From a virus (lineage: Duplodnaviria; Heunggongvirae; Uroviricota; Caudoviricetes): a stretch of DNA of 64,000 bases. This document shows positions 55,526-64,000 of the stretch, in pieces; positions within the stretch are counted from its first letter, which is position 1; each line of letters begins with the position of its first letter. Made by a program: the position numbers and the translations under genes. The notes below the pieces were generated by a model, which was given only the letters and a program-made list of their open reading frames with translations, was not told where the DNA came from and did no database searches. The stretch lies in IMG/VR virus record IMGVR_UViG_3300037261_000110; one strand, written 5' to 3'.

Positions 55526-56140
55526 ATGTTGAATATCACAGTCACCACATGCTCTCGGATGATCGATCTGGATGATTATCGTGTAGGGGATGTGATCATT
55601 GACGATATCGCAAATTCGTTGTCGAAACAATGTCGCTACAACGGCAACATACCGGGCAAAGCCATATACAGCGTGGCAGAGCACGCGCCGTACGTAGCTC
55701 GTCTAGCCAAGCTCTACATCCTTCAGCACGAAGCGCCGTTCATCGAACAGTGGAGCAATGACGACAAGGCAATGTGCTGCCTTGGCGCCGTCTGTCATGA
55801 CAATCCGGAGTACATTACTGGCGATATCACCCGTCCGATCAAGCGTCATATCTCCAACTTCAGAGAGATTGAAGCTGTGATTACGCCAATCATGGAGAAG
55901 GCTTTCGGGATAGAACTGACTGACGAAATGCATGCAGTCATCAAACGTGCCGACGACGTTATGGCTGATATCGAGATGCGCTATTTCTTTCCCTGGAAGG
56001 TAATGGGCAAGGCGCCATCCGAATATCGTCTGACAGATTTTTCCGGCGTGAGCAAGCCGGGTCTACCACCAAGCAAAGCGAAGAGGTTATTCATGGTTGC
56101 GTTCAATAAGGCGATTGCCGGGAAGTGGACGGAACTATGA
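55526..56140 (+). CDS. HD-domain 5'-deoxynucleotidase (YfbR-like)
   Basis: YSVAEHAPYVARLA ... CHDNPEYITGDITRPIK. Confidence 0.65.
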   Translation: MLNITVTTCSRMIDLDDYRVGDVIIDDIANSLSKQCRYNGNIPGKAIYSVAEHAPYVARLAKLYILQHEAPFIEQWSNDDKAMCCLGAVCHDNPEYITGDITRPIKRHISNFREIEAVITPIMEKAFGIELTDEMHAVIKRADDVMADIEMRYFFPWKVMGKAPSEYRLTDFSGVSKPGLPPSKAKRLFMVAFNKAIAGKWTEL

Positions 56141-56811
56141 ACCTGGAAGAATTTAACGAGTATCGTCGAACGCTGAATGTTTCCGATCCTGCCGTAATTA
56201 ACCTTGGCTACGAAAAGATCGCTCGTGATCTGTATCCAAGTCCGGAGTGGATTGGATATTCGCTCTTAAACGCGAAGGTTATCCCAAAGAACTACGTGAT
56301 ATGGGAGCCGGCGGCTGGTAATGGTGTACTAGCAAATGCTGCCAGAGAAAGTGGCTATGACGTAGTATCTTCAGATATTCATCCCAATTGGGTTGTCAAC
56401 GATTTCACTTTCGATTTTCTAAAACTAAAAACCGGAGAAATACCATACGGCAAGCTGCAAAACTGCAATCGACTGGCTATTTGGACAAACCCACCGTTCG
56501 GAGATCGCTGCAAGCTTGCTGAGAAGTTTATCGAGCACGCGATAGAGCTGACCGAGCCGATGCTTGGCATGGTCGTAATGCTCGGGCGCAGTGACTTCGA
56601 CTTCGCTCGTAGCCGCAGGCATCTGTTCGGGGAGAGCCCGATATTTGCTGGTCGCTTGAACATGTCAAAGCGTCCACGTTGGATTGCCGGCACCACCGGA
56701 GCACCACGTTTTAACTACTCTTGGTATTTTTGGGATTGGCAGAAAAACCCGAAAGAAAACCCGATTGTTTTGTACGACTACTACAATGGGAAAGATGACG
56801 ATGACGATTGA
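56137..56811 (+). CDS. N6-adenine DNA methyltransferase (orphan)
   Basis: Motif I EPAAGNGVL and motif IV IWTNPPFG. Confidence 0.75.
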   Translation: MNLEEFNEYRRTLNVSDPAVINLGYEKIARDLYPSPEWIGYSLLNAKVIPKNYVIWEPAAGNGVLANAARESGYDVVSSDIHPNWVVNDFTFDFLKLKTGEIPYGKLQNCNRLAIWTNPPFGDRCKLAEKFIEHAIELTEPMLGMVVMLGRSDFDFARSRRHLFGESPIFAGRLNMSKRPRWIAGTTGAPRFNYSWYFWDWQKNPKENPIVLYDYYNGKDDDDD

Positions 56812-58402
56812 GAAAAAGCCATACAAGGATTATACCTTGTTCGAACTGATTGAGCTTGAAGAAGAGCTTGGTAGCGAGCGTCAAGTCTGCAAATTCTTGG
56901 AGTGTCCGCGTTCGTCGTTTCAGAACCACATAGCTGAACTCAAGGCGGAGGCTTTCAAGGATCGACCGCAGAAGGCAGCTGTTCGCATCGATCCACTGAA
57001 GACCGGAGTTAAGCGCTTCATCTTTACATCAGCCCAAGACTCAACCAACGTCTTCAAGCCGTTCCTTATCAATCTCCTCGCCTACGCCGACTATTGGGAC
57101 GCGGACCTTCGCATCGGTGGCTTCACTTACAACAAGAAGCTGTTCGAGGATCACTCGAAATACCACGCCTATTTCGTCGAAGAAGTTCGTCCATATCTCT
57201 GCAACGATCGACTAGAGATTGGTCCAAATCTCGTATTTCTCGGCGAGATGAACACTCTTCCGACTGCCGTGTCTCCGCTGAGTGGTCTTGAGGGCTATAC
57301 CCAAAATCGCTCGGGTATCTTCCCGCATGCCAAGGTCCAGATGCAATCGATCGGGACGATAAAAGGGCAACGTCCGAAGACACTGGTTACGACAGGTTGC
57401 GTGACGCTGCCAAACTATGTGCCTAAGAAGGCGGGTATCAAGGCTGAGTTTCATCATATCCAAGGCGCCGTGTTTGTCGAGCTGATGCCGAACGGTGATC
57501 CTTTCATGCGTCACCTGATGGCAGATCACAATGGCAACTTCCAGGATTTAGACTGGCGCATGGACGATGGTGAGATCAGCTTCGGAAATCCAGTCGAAGC
57601 AATCACTCATGGTGACATTCATTGGGAGAATATGGATCGTACCACCGCCGGGCTTGTTTGGTTTAACGAGAAGGACACACTGGTCGACGTGTTGAAGCCA
57701 CGCTTTCAGATTTTCCACGACACACTCGACTTCGACAATCGCAGTCATCATCGTATTAAGGACTCGCATCATTTGTTCAAGATGCATGTTCGTGGTGACG
57801 ATTCGATCGAAGAGAATATGATAGGTATCGGTGATTTCCTTCTACAAACCTCGCGCGACTTCTCTCATTCGGTTGTTATTGAATCCAACCACGATCGTCA
57901 TTATCTCAACTGGCTCAAGACGGCAGATTTTCGTCTTGATCCGGCGAATGCTCAATTGTTCCTTTGGGCTACGCTTGAGTGCTATAAGGCAATCGAAGCC
58001 GGCAATGATAAGTTCTCGATCTTCGAACACACTGTTCGTGAATATGGTCCGGAGTTGCTAAAGGATAAAGTGGAATTCGTTCGCGAGGACGGTTCCTTCG
58101 TCATCTGTGAGACGCCCGATCGCGCTGGTATCGAGAATGGTTTACACGGGCATCTCGGAGTCAACGGCTCGAAGGGCTCGGTAAAGGCTCTCACCAAGAT
58201 CGGGCCTCGCACGAATAGCGCTCACACGCACTCGCCAACGATCATTGACGGCGCCTATTGTGCCGGCACTTATTCGAAACTCGATCTGGAATGGAACCGT
58301 GGGCCTAGCTCGTGGGCGCACGCCTGCATCGTCACTTACCCGAACGGTAAGCGCACGATTGTTCAATTTTGTAACGGGATGTGGCGCGCTCCGCTCGACT
58401 AA
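56795..58402 (+). CDS. Large protein with an N-terminal HTH and calcineurin-like metallophosphoesterase motifs
   Basis: HTH (LGSERQVCKFLECPRSSFQNHI); GDIHWEN, ESNHDRH, HGHLG, AHTH in canonical order. Confidence 0.5.
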   Translation: MTMTIEKKPYKDYTLFELIELEEELGSERQVCKFLECPRSSFQNHIAELKAEAFKDRPQKAAVRIDPLKTGVKRFIFTSAQDSTNVFKPFLINLLAYADYWDADLRIGGFTYNKKLFEDHSKYHAYFVEEVRPYLCNDRLEIGPNLVFLGEMNTLPTAVSPLSGLEGYTQNRSGIFPHAKVQMQSIGTIKGQRPKTLVTTGCVTLPNYVPKKAGIKAEFHHIQGAVFVELMPNGDPFMRHLMADHNGNFQDLDWRMDDGEISFGNPVEAITHGDIHWENMDRTTAGLVWFNEKDTLVDVLKPRFQIFHDTLDFDNRSHHRIKDSHHLFKMHVRGDDSIEENMIGIGDFLLQTSRDFSHSVVIESNHDRHYLNWLKTADFRLDPANAQLFLWATLECYKAIEAGNDKFSIFEHTVREYGPELLKDKVEFVREDGSFVICETPDRAGIENGLHGHLGVNGSKGSVKALTKIGPRTNSAHTHSPTIIDGAYCAGTYSKLDLEWNRGPSSWAHACIVTYPNGKRTIVQFCNGMWRAPLD

Positions 58403-58403
58403 T

Positions 58404-58874
58404 ATGATCGCCCTTCAATTCTCAACTCATACAGGACTAGCATCACTAGCGATCCGCAGCTTCACTAGAGGCTGGGTGACTCATGTTGACTGTGTGCTGC
58501 CGGATGGACGCCTATATGGCGCGCGTATGCATGGAGGCGTCCAGGCACGTTTGCCGGACTATACCAAATTCAAGCAAACAAAAATTCTCTATCTTCAGAC
58601 GACGCGCGAACAAGAGAACGCCTTTTATAGCTTCCTGGATGCACAATTAGGTAAGCCGTACGATTGGACGGCGATATTCGCCTTTGTCGTCAATCGTGAT
58701 TGGCGTGAGGATGATAGCTGGTTTTGCTCCGAGTTGATCATAGCTGCCTTAGAGTTCGCCAAGATTATTCGCAAGCTTTCAACGTCCTCGAACAGAGTAA
58801 CACCTGAAATGGGTATGTTCATGATTTCGGCGATCTGTATCGATCCGCCCGGTTTTGTGGAAGCAGTCTTTTGA
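58404..58874 (+). CDS. Hypothetical protein
   Basis: 156 aa; ATG directly after the upstream stop. Confidence 0.5.
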   Translation: MIALQFSTHTGLASLAIRSFTRGWVTHVDCVLPDGRLYGARMHGGVQARLPDYTKFKQTKILYLQTTREQENAFYSFLDAQLGKPYDWTAIFAFVVNRDWREDDSWFCSELIIAALEFAKIIRKLSTSSNRVTPEMGMFMISAICIDPPGFVEAVF

Positions 58875-61039
58875 TCAACACCAACTTCGCCTACGATACG
58901 CTTGTCTATGATTTGGAATCGGACGGTTTACTAGACCGGCTGACGCGTATCCATAGCCTTATCATTCGTCATTATGAGACCGGCGATGTTTATGTGTTCC
59001 GCAGAAACAAGACGGAAGATACGATTATAAACGGCGTGCGCATGCTTGAGCGCGCGAAAGTCCGTGTCGGACATAATGTCATTGCTTTCGACGAAGAAGC
59101 CATCAAGCTAGTCTATCCGGATTATAACCCGCAAGGAAAATTGCGCGACACCCTGCCTATGGTCCGCATGCTGTTTGCCGATCAGAAGGATAAGGATTTT
59201 CGTCTATGGGAGCGCAACCAGCTCCCTGGTCAGTTGATCGGTGCCAATACCCTAAAAGCATGGGGCTATCGCGTTGGGCTTAACAAAGGTGACTATGCCG
59301 ATGATAAAGCCGCCGAGGCTAAGGAAAAAGGCATCACTGATCCTGACGAGATAATTCAATACGTTTGGGGCTCCTGGAATCAGGAGATGGAGGATTACTG
59401 TGAGCTTGACGTTGATGTGAATGTTGCATTGTGGGCGAAGTGTTTGCGCGCGCAATGGCCCGAGCCATCGATTGTATTTCAGCATCAGGCGCACAGCTTG
59501 TGGTCGGACGCAGAGAAGAACGGTATATATTTTAGGAAAGAGGAAGCGGAAAAGCTCGCCGAGGAAATCAAGGTCGAAGCAGAGAAGTTAGGTAAGATCG
59601 CGATCGAGCATTATGGGGTTTGGTTCGCGCCTGGGAAAAAGTACATCGTAGCGCCACTATGGGACGATCCCGGTGGCGTCAACAAGAAGAAAAAATATCC
59701 CGAGCCGCGTAAGAAATGGGGCGAGGATTTGTCTCGCTCGATTTGGGGCGAGATATGCATTCCTAAAAAGTCGCTGAAATTCAAGGACCCGAACCGTGGC
59801 GATCGGTTCGAAGGCGCAGCTTTCTGTCCGATTGTCTATAAGGAGTTCAAACCGACTTCACGCCAGATGATCATTGACCGTTTTACGGTGATCTATAACT
59901 GGAAGCCGTTCGAAGACGATTTCACCGAGAAGGGTAATCCGGAAATCAATGACGAAGTGCTCCGCAACCTGATTGGGAAGATTCCCATGGCTGAGGAGCT
60001 GGCGGAAGTCTTCTATCTTAACAAACGACTAGGACAGATCGCGACCGGTAAAGAGGCGTGGCTAAAACACGTCGATGCGGAGGGAAAAATTCACCCACGC
60101 TTCAACGTCGGCGCAACGTTGTCTGGTCGTGTCGCGCATTCTAATCCCAACATCGGTCAAGTCCCGCGCGTCGTTAAAGTCGACGTGAAAAACAAGGATG
60201 GCTCACTTAACAAAAAGGTTTTAGGACCGGACGGTAAACCAATTGCCGCCTGCTTTGATGCGAATGGTGAGTTCAAAAAGAAGGTTGTCTTAAAGGGTAG
60301 AAAAGGCAAGCACGGCTGGGATTGTCGCCATCTGTTTTATGTGCCTCCGGAATGGGGCATCATGGTTGGTTGCGATCTAGCCGGTATCGAGCTGCGCTGT
60401 CTCGCCAATCTCGCGCAGCCGTTCGACGACGGCGTGCTGATCGATATCATCCTGAATGGTGACATTCACGCCATCAACCAAGCTGCCGCCGGCCTCGATA
60501 ATCGCGATCAAGCCAAGACACTGATCTACGCGCTGATCTATGGTGGCGGAGATCGTAAGCTCGGAGCCATCGTCCAGCCGCTCGCCGACGAAGAGACGCA
60601 GCGCAAGCTTGGCGCTGAGATGCGCGCTCGACTGATGCTCAACGTGCCGTCGCTGCGCTTCGCCGTTGAGTGGGTGAAGAAACATGCCTCAAAAGGGATT
60701 TTACCAGGACTCGACGGTCGTCGTCTGTTCGTCCGCTCGCCGCACTCGGCGCTCAATTTGAAATTGCAAAGCGACGCGACGCTGATTGCGCAGAAGTGGG
60801 GTTTGCTGTGCGAAGAAAGCTTGCTCGATATGGGCTTGGAGCATTCCTGGAACGGTGACTTTGTATTTCTTATGTGGGTCCATGATGAAATACAGATTGC
60901 TCTTCGTCATGGTGTCGATGTTGCAGAAGTTGAGACTCGCTTGACCGACGCCGCAGCTAAAGCAGGGCTGTATTTCGGGTACGTTTGCCCGGTCGCGGCT
61001 GAAGCAAAGCATGGAGCTGATTGGGCGATCACGCACTAG
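58871..61039 (+). CDS. Family A DNA polymerase with an N-terminal 3'-5' exonuclease domain (T7-like)
   Basis: Exo I (VYDLESDG), Exo II (GHNVIAFDEEAI), motif A (DLAGIELRCLANLA), motif B (RDQAKTLIYALIYGGG), motif C (VHDEIQI). Confidence 0.85.
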   Translation: MINTNFAYDTLVYDLESDGLLDRLTRIHSLIIRHYETGDVYVFRRNKTEDTIINGVRMLERAKVRVGHNVIAFDEEAIKLVYPDYNPQGKLRDTLPMVRMLFADQKDKDFRLWERNQLPGQLIGANTLKAWGYRVGLNKGDYADDKAAEAKEKGITDPDEIIQYVWGSWNQEMEDYCELDVDVNVALWAKCLRAQWPEPSIVFQHQAHSLWSDAEKNGIYFRKEEAEKLAEEIKVEAEKLGKIAIEHYGVWFAPGKKYIVAPLWDDPGGVNKKKKYPEPRKKWGEDLSRSIWGEICIPKKSLKFKDPNRGDRFEGAAFCPIVYKEFKPTSRQMIIDRFTVIYNWKPFEDDFTEKGNPEINDEVLRNLIGKIPMAEELAEVFYLNKRLGQIATGKEAWLKHVDAEGKIHPRFNVGATLSGRVAHSNPNIGQVPRVVKVDVKNKDGSLNKKVLGPDGKPIAACFDANGEFKKKVVLKGRKGKHGWDCRHLFYVPPEWGIMVGCDLAGIELRCLANLAQPFDDGVLIDIILNGDIHAINQAAAGLDNRDQAKTLIYALIYGGGDRKLGAIVQPLADEETQRKLGAEMRARLMLNVPSLRFAVEWVKKHASKGILPGLDGRRLFVRSPHSALNLKLQSDATLIAQKWGLLCEESLLDMGLEHSWNGDFVFLMWVHDEIQIALRHGVDVAEVETRLTDAAAKAGLYFGYVCPVAAEAKHGADWAITH

Positions 61040-61045
61040 CATGTA

Positions 61046-61717
61046 GTGCTTGACAGATTAACCACGATGTGCTACGACAGACAAATAATGCCGATCACGA
61101 TTTACGTCATTGAGAACGGTGTCAATGACAAGAAATATGTAGGGCAGACTTGCGGACCTGTTGATAACAGGTTCCGACAGCATTGCACTAAAAATGGCTG
61201 CACAGCCATCTATCGAGCTATCACAAAGCACGGTAGAGAACAATTTTCGATCCGTACGCTTTTCGTCTGTCCAGACGATCAAGCGTATGCAGACGAGATG
61301 GAGTGTTGCGCGATCAAGGTATTCGGAACGACGGTCCCGAATGGTTACAATCTTCAAGAAGGTGGATCGAATGGAAAGCACTCCATAAAGACAAAGGAGA
61401 AAATGTCAGCTACCGCAATGGGACATGAGGTTTCAATTGAAACGAGAGCAAAATTAGCATCTGCTAATATTGGAAATAAACATGCTCTTGGATTCAAGCC
61501 ATCAACTGAAACTAGAGCTAAAATGGCGGCAGCTCAGAGAGGTAATAAAAATCAACTTGGACTAAAACGATCGCCAGAGACTTTGATAAAGATGGCAGCA
61601 GCTCAACGAGACAAGAAGTGTTCAGCTGCCACAGCCGCTAAAATATCAGCATCACTGGTTAACTACCACAAAAACAAGAAAAAGAAGACAACAAACGATG
61701 CGCGTACTTACATTTGA
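61046..61717 (+). CDS. GIY-YIG homing endonuclease with NUMOD3 repeats
   Basis: IYVIENGVNDKKYVGQT and three repeats of SxETRAKMAAAQRGNK. Confidence 0.8.
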   Translation: MLDRLTTMCYDRQIMPITIYVIENGVNDKKYVGQTCGPVDNRFRQHCTKNGCTAIYRAITKHGREQFSIRTLFVCPDDQAYADEMECCAIKVFGTTVPNGYNLQEGGSNGKHSIKTKEKMSATAMGHEVSIETRAKLASANIGNKHALGFKPSTETRAKMAAAQRGNKNQLGLKRSPETLIKMAAAQRDKKCSAATAAKISASLVNYHKNKKKKTTNDARTYI

Positions 61718-62318
61718 CTGTGAGACTACAGGGTTGGAAGTTAACACTAATAACCTTTTAGCAGAAACTAACGATTATCCCTTATCCATCGCCGCGTTTC
61801 TGTATGATATGGATAAGATTGGTGAGACCTTCGAGCTAATGAAGGTTGAGCCAGATAGCATGCTTGCGTGCTATTTCAATTATGGGATCGACAACAAACC
61901 CGATGCACAGCGCATCAATGGAATAACGAGAGAGAAGCTAGATACGTTTGGCCTGTCGCCGCATGAAATCCTGCCTCTCTTCGCTGAATTCCTGGACAAG
62001 GCCGATCGCATAGTTGGACACAACGTCAAGTATGACGCCGACATAATGCGCATCGCTTTTGCGCGCGCCGGATGGGAAGGAGACCCGTTCGAAGGACGTG
62101 ATCTATACTGCACGTGCCGCGAGGCACGCACAGTTTGCAAAATACCAAAGTATCGCATGGATCATGCTGAAGATTGGAAGCTCCCGAAACTGATCGAGGC
62201 TTACAAGTTTTTCTTTGGTGATGGTTTCAATGGCGCGCACGGCGCCGTCAATGACACGAAAGCAGCGTTTGACGTGTATCTCGCGCTGCAAGGCAAGAAA
62301 GCAAAGGTTCAAGGTTAG
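61698..62318 (+). CDS. DEDDh 3'-5' exonuclease (DnaQ/epsilon-like)
   Basis: Exo I (FDCETTGL), Exo II (GHNVKYDADIM), Exo III (HGAVNDTKAAFDVY). Confidence 0.8.
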   Translation: MRVLTFDCETTGLEVNTNNLLAETNDYPLSIAAFLYDMDKIGETFELMKVEPDSMLACYFNYGIDNKPDAQRINGITREKLDTFGLSPHEILPLFAEFLDKADRIVGHNVKYDADIMRIAFARAGWEGDPFEGRDLYCTCREARTVCKIPKYRMDHAEDWKLPKLIEAYKFFFGDGFNGAHGAVNDTKAAFDVYLALQGKKAKVQG

Positions 62319-62320
62319 TG

Positions 62321-62815
62321 ATGCCGATTACAGTTTACATGATCGAGAATACCGTCAACGATAAGAAGTACATAGGGCAAACCTGTGATACTATAAAGAA
62401 GAGATTTGCCGATCATTGTAAGCCAAGTCAAAATGCTGTCATTGCTGATGCTGTGCGTAAATATGGTAGGGATAGTTTTTCGATCTGTGCGCTCTTTGTT
62501 TGTCCAGATGACCATGACTACGCCAATCAAATGGAGCGTCGTGCGATTGAAATTTACGGAACGTTAGCACCAAATGGCTACAATCTCATGGATGGCGGTT
62601 CATTAAACGGAAGACATTCCGAGGAAACTATCTTGAAAATGAAGGAGGCTAGAAAGACAAATCGGCCTAATTATAGACATTCCGATAAAACCAAGCAGAA
62701 AATGTCGGAGACCAGAAAAGGTAAGCCTAATGGCTTGCTAGGGTACAAGCATAGAGAAGATTCTAAGCAAAAAATGTCAGAGTCTCAGAAGAGAAGACAT
62801 CAGAATGTCGCTTGA
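62321..62815 (+). CDS. GIY-YIG homing endonuclease with NUMOD3 repeats, copy 2
   Basis: VYMIENTVNDKKYIGQT and HSEETILKMKEARK / HSDKTKQKMSETRKGK. Confidence 0.8.
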   Translation: MPITVYMIENTVNDKKYIGQTCDTIKKRFADHCKPSQNAVIADAVRKYGRDSFSICALFVCPDDHDYANQMERRAIEIYGTLAPNGYNLMDGGSLNGRHSEETILKMKEARKTNRPNYRHSDKTKQKMSETRKGKPNGLLGYKHREDSKQKMSESQKRRHQNVA

Positions 62816-63893
62816 TTTTGAATCCATCTTTCACAACTACGTTCAAGCTAATAAGCGCGTCTTCTCTCATGATCGAAGCAAAACGCTCGGTGCTTCGGAA
62901 ACCTTTAGCTGTCTACGCCGTTCTTGGTTTACTAAATTTGGCGAAGCTGCTGGTTTCATTCAGGATGAAGATGAAGCTGAGCGCTCTTGGGGGGCTATGG
63001 AGCGTGGTAACGTAATTGAGAATGCTTTCGTAGTTCCTGCCTTTCGACATTCTGATCTTGAGCTGCTTTATGCTGGCGAAGAACAGGAAACATTAGTTGA
63101 TGGCTTGAACTCGGCAACGCTGGACGGACTGATCACAGGCTTAAAATCTGACGCGCTGAAGAAATACGGTATCAATGATATTGAGTCTGACTGTATTGTG
63201 TTGGAGATAAAGTCGATTGATCCGCGCGTCTCTCTTGATGAAGAGAAAGCAGTTCACCATGGACAGGCGCAAGTCCAATTAGGCATCGTTCGAGCCTTAA
63301 CTGAATTCAAGCCAGTATATGCCGTCATTATTTACGTGGATGCCTCATTTCTCGACGTTATCTATCCTTTCGTCGTCAAGTACGATCCACTTAAATACAA
63401 GGCAGGTAAGACAAGAGCCCGCATTCTATTCGAGGAAGTTGGCGCCGATGGTTATCCCGGCGACATTCACCCGGAAGGCAAGCTCTCAGACGAGTGTCGC
63501 TACTGCCCCTGGTTCGGCGCGTGCTCGGCTGTCACCAAGAATCTAATCCCAACGGAAGATGATTCTAAAAATCTCGACAGTGAGACGATTTCTCAAATGG
63601 AGGGGTTGATCTTTGAGCAAAGAAATGCTAAGAGACTAGAAGAAGATGCGCACGAAGTTAATGAGTCTGTGAAGCAGCGCATCAAAGACATGCTAGTCGC
63701 TAACAGCACGAAGCGTATGCGCTCCCTGCCTAAGAAGAAAGGGAGCAACGAACCTACTTGGTCTGTTTCTTGGTCGTCGCTCGACGGTAAAGAGACGCTA
63801 GACAAAGATGCAGCCAAGGCCGCCGGCATTGACTTGCAGAAGTACATGAAGTCCGGCAACCCGTACGATCGTTTGACGATCACAACAAAGTAA
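62805..63893 (+). CDS. PD-(D/E)XK (Cas4/RecB-like) nuclease with a C-terminal Cys cluster
   Basis: DGLITG ... VLEIKS (D...E-x-K) and CRYCPWFGAC. Confidence 0.6.
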   Translation: MSLDFESIFHNYVQANKRVFSHDRSKTLGASETFSCLRRSWFTKFGEAAGFIQDEDEAERSWGAMERGNVIENAFVVPAFRHSDLELLYAGEEQETLVDGLNSATLDGLITGLKSDALKKYGINDIESDCIVLEIKSIDPRVSLDEEKAVHHGQAQVQLGIVRALTEFKPVYAVIIYVDASFLDVIYPFVVKYDPLKYKAGKTRARILFEEVGADGYPGDIHPEGKLSDECRYCPWFGACSAVTKNLIPTEDDSKNLDSETISQMEGLIFEQRNAKRLEEDAHEVNESVKQRIKDMLVANSTKRMRSLPKKKGSNEPTWSVSWSSLDGKETLDKDAAKAAGIDLQKYMKSGNPYDRLTITTK

Positions 63894-63901
63894 CCCGAAG
63901 G

Positions 63902-64000
63902 AAAGATATCAATGGGAACCGCACTCACTACTGCAAAGAGCACGGCAGTCGCCACGACAGGCGACAATCCGTGGCTCGCAGCCGCTGCCGATTCGAACAG
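63902..64000 (+). CDS. Hypothetical protein, 5' partial at the window edge
   Basis: RBS GAAGGAAAG; ORF runs off the window. Confidence 0.35.

Noticed and set aside
58871-62318. Polymerase and exonuclease as fragments of one gene split by a homing endonuclease
   Set aside because: The polymerase ORF already contains its own Exo I/II motifs and a complete motif A-B-C C-terminus ending in a stop. The DnaQ-like protein has all three of its own Exo motifs, so it is an independent gene.
1-64000. CRISPR array or rRNA genes
   Set aside because: No regularly spaced direct repeats with unique spacers anywhere; the repeat arrays at 67..260 are iteron-like, with short or no spacers. No rRNA-like conserved stretches.

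Overview
The window is a gene-dense stretch of a large dsDNA bacteriophage or prophage genome, roughly mid-50s %GC and mostly plus-strand coding, with a T4-like functional repertoire. Recognisable genes, in order: TerS and a TerL with an in-frame LAGLIDADG intein (minus strand), a RuvC-like resolvase, and then a long run of small early-type plus-strand genes that includes many small membrane proteins, HTH proteins, an Ig-like protein, a wHTH-nucleotidyltransferase, an SPFH/band-7 protein, SLOG-like proteins and a very acidic protein. Further on are a polynucleotide kinase/phosphatase, an HslV-like peptidase, and a minus-strand block of about 8 kb carrying a PrimPol/D5-type primase-helicase, a minimal tyrosine recombinase, and a MotA/MotB-like pair with an HtrA-type protease. 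The last 16 kb is a replication/nucleotide-metabolism module: rIIA, rIIB, an SNF2 helicase split by a frameshift, an HD 5'-deoxynucleotidase, an N6A DNA methyltransferase, a family-A DNA polymerase, a DnaQ-like exonuclease and a Cas4-like nuclease. Selfish elements are abundant: one intein, three Endo VII-family free-standing endonuclease genes and two GIY-YIG/NUMOD3 homing endonuclease genes. The first 800 bp is a non-coding region holding several distinct repeat families. The most unusual candidate system is the MotA/MotB-like stator-type pair translationally coupled to a PDZ-containing HtrA protease, sitting beside a recombinase-primase module. All protein family calls come from reading motifs in the supplied translations, not from database searches.
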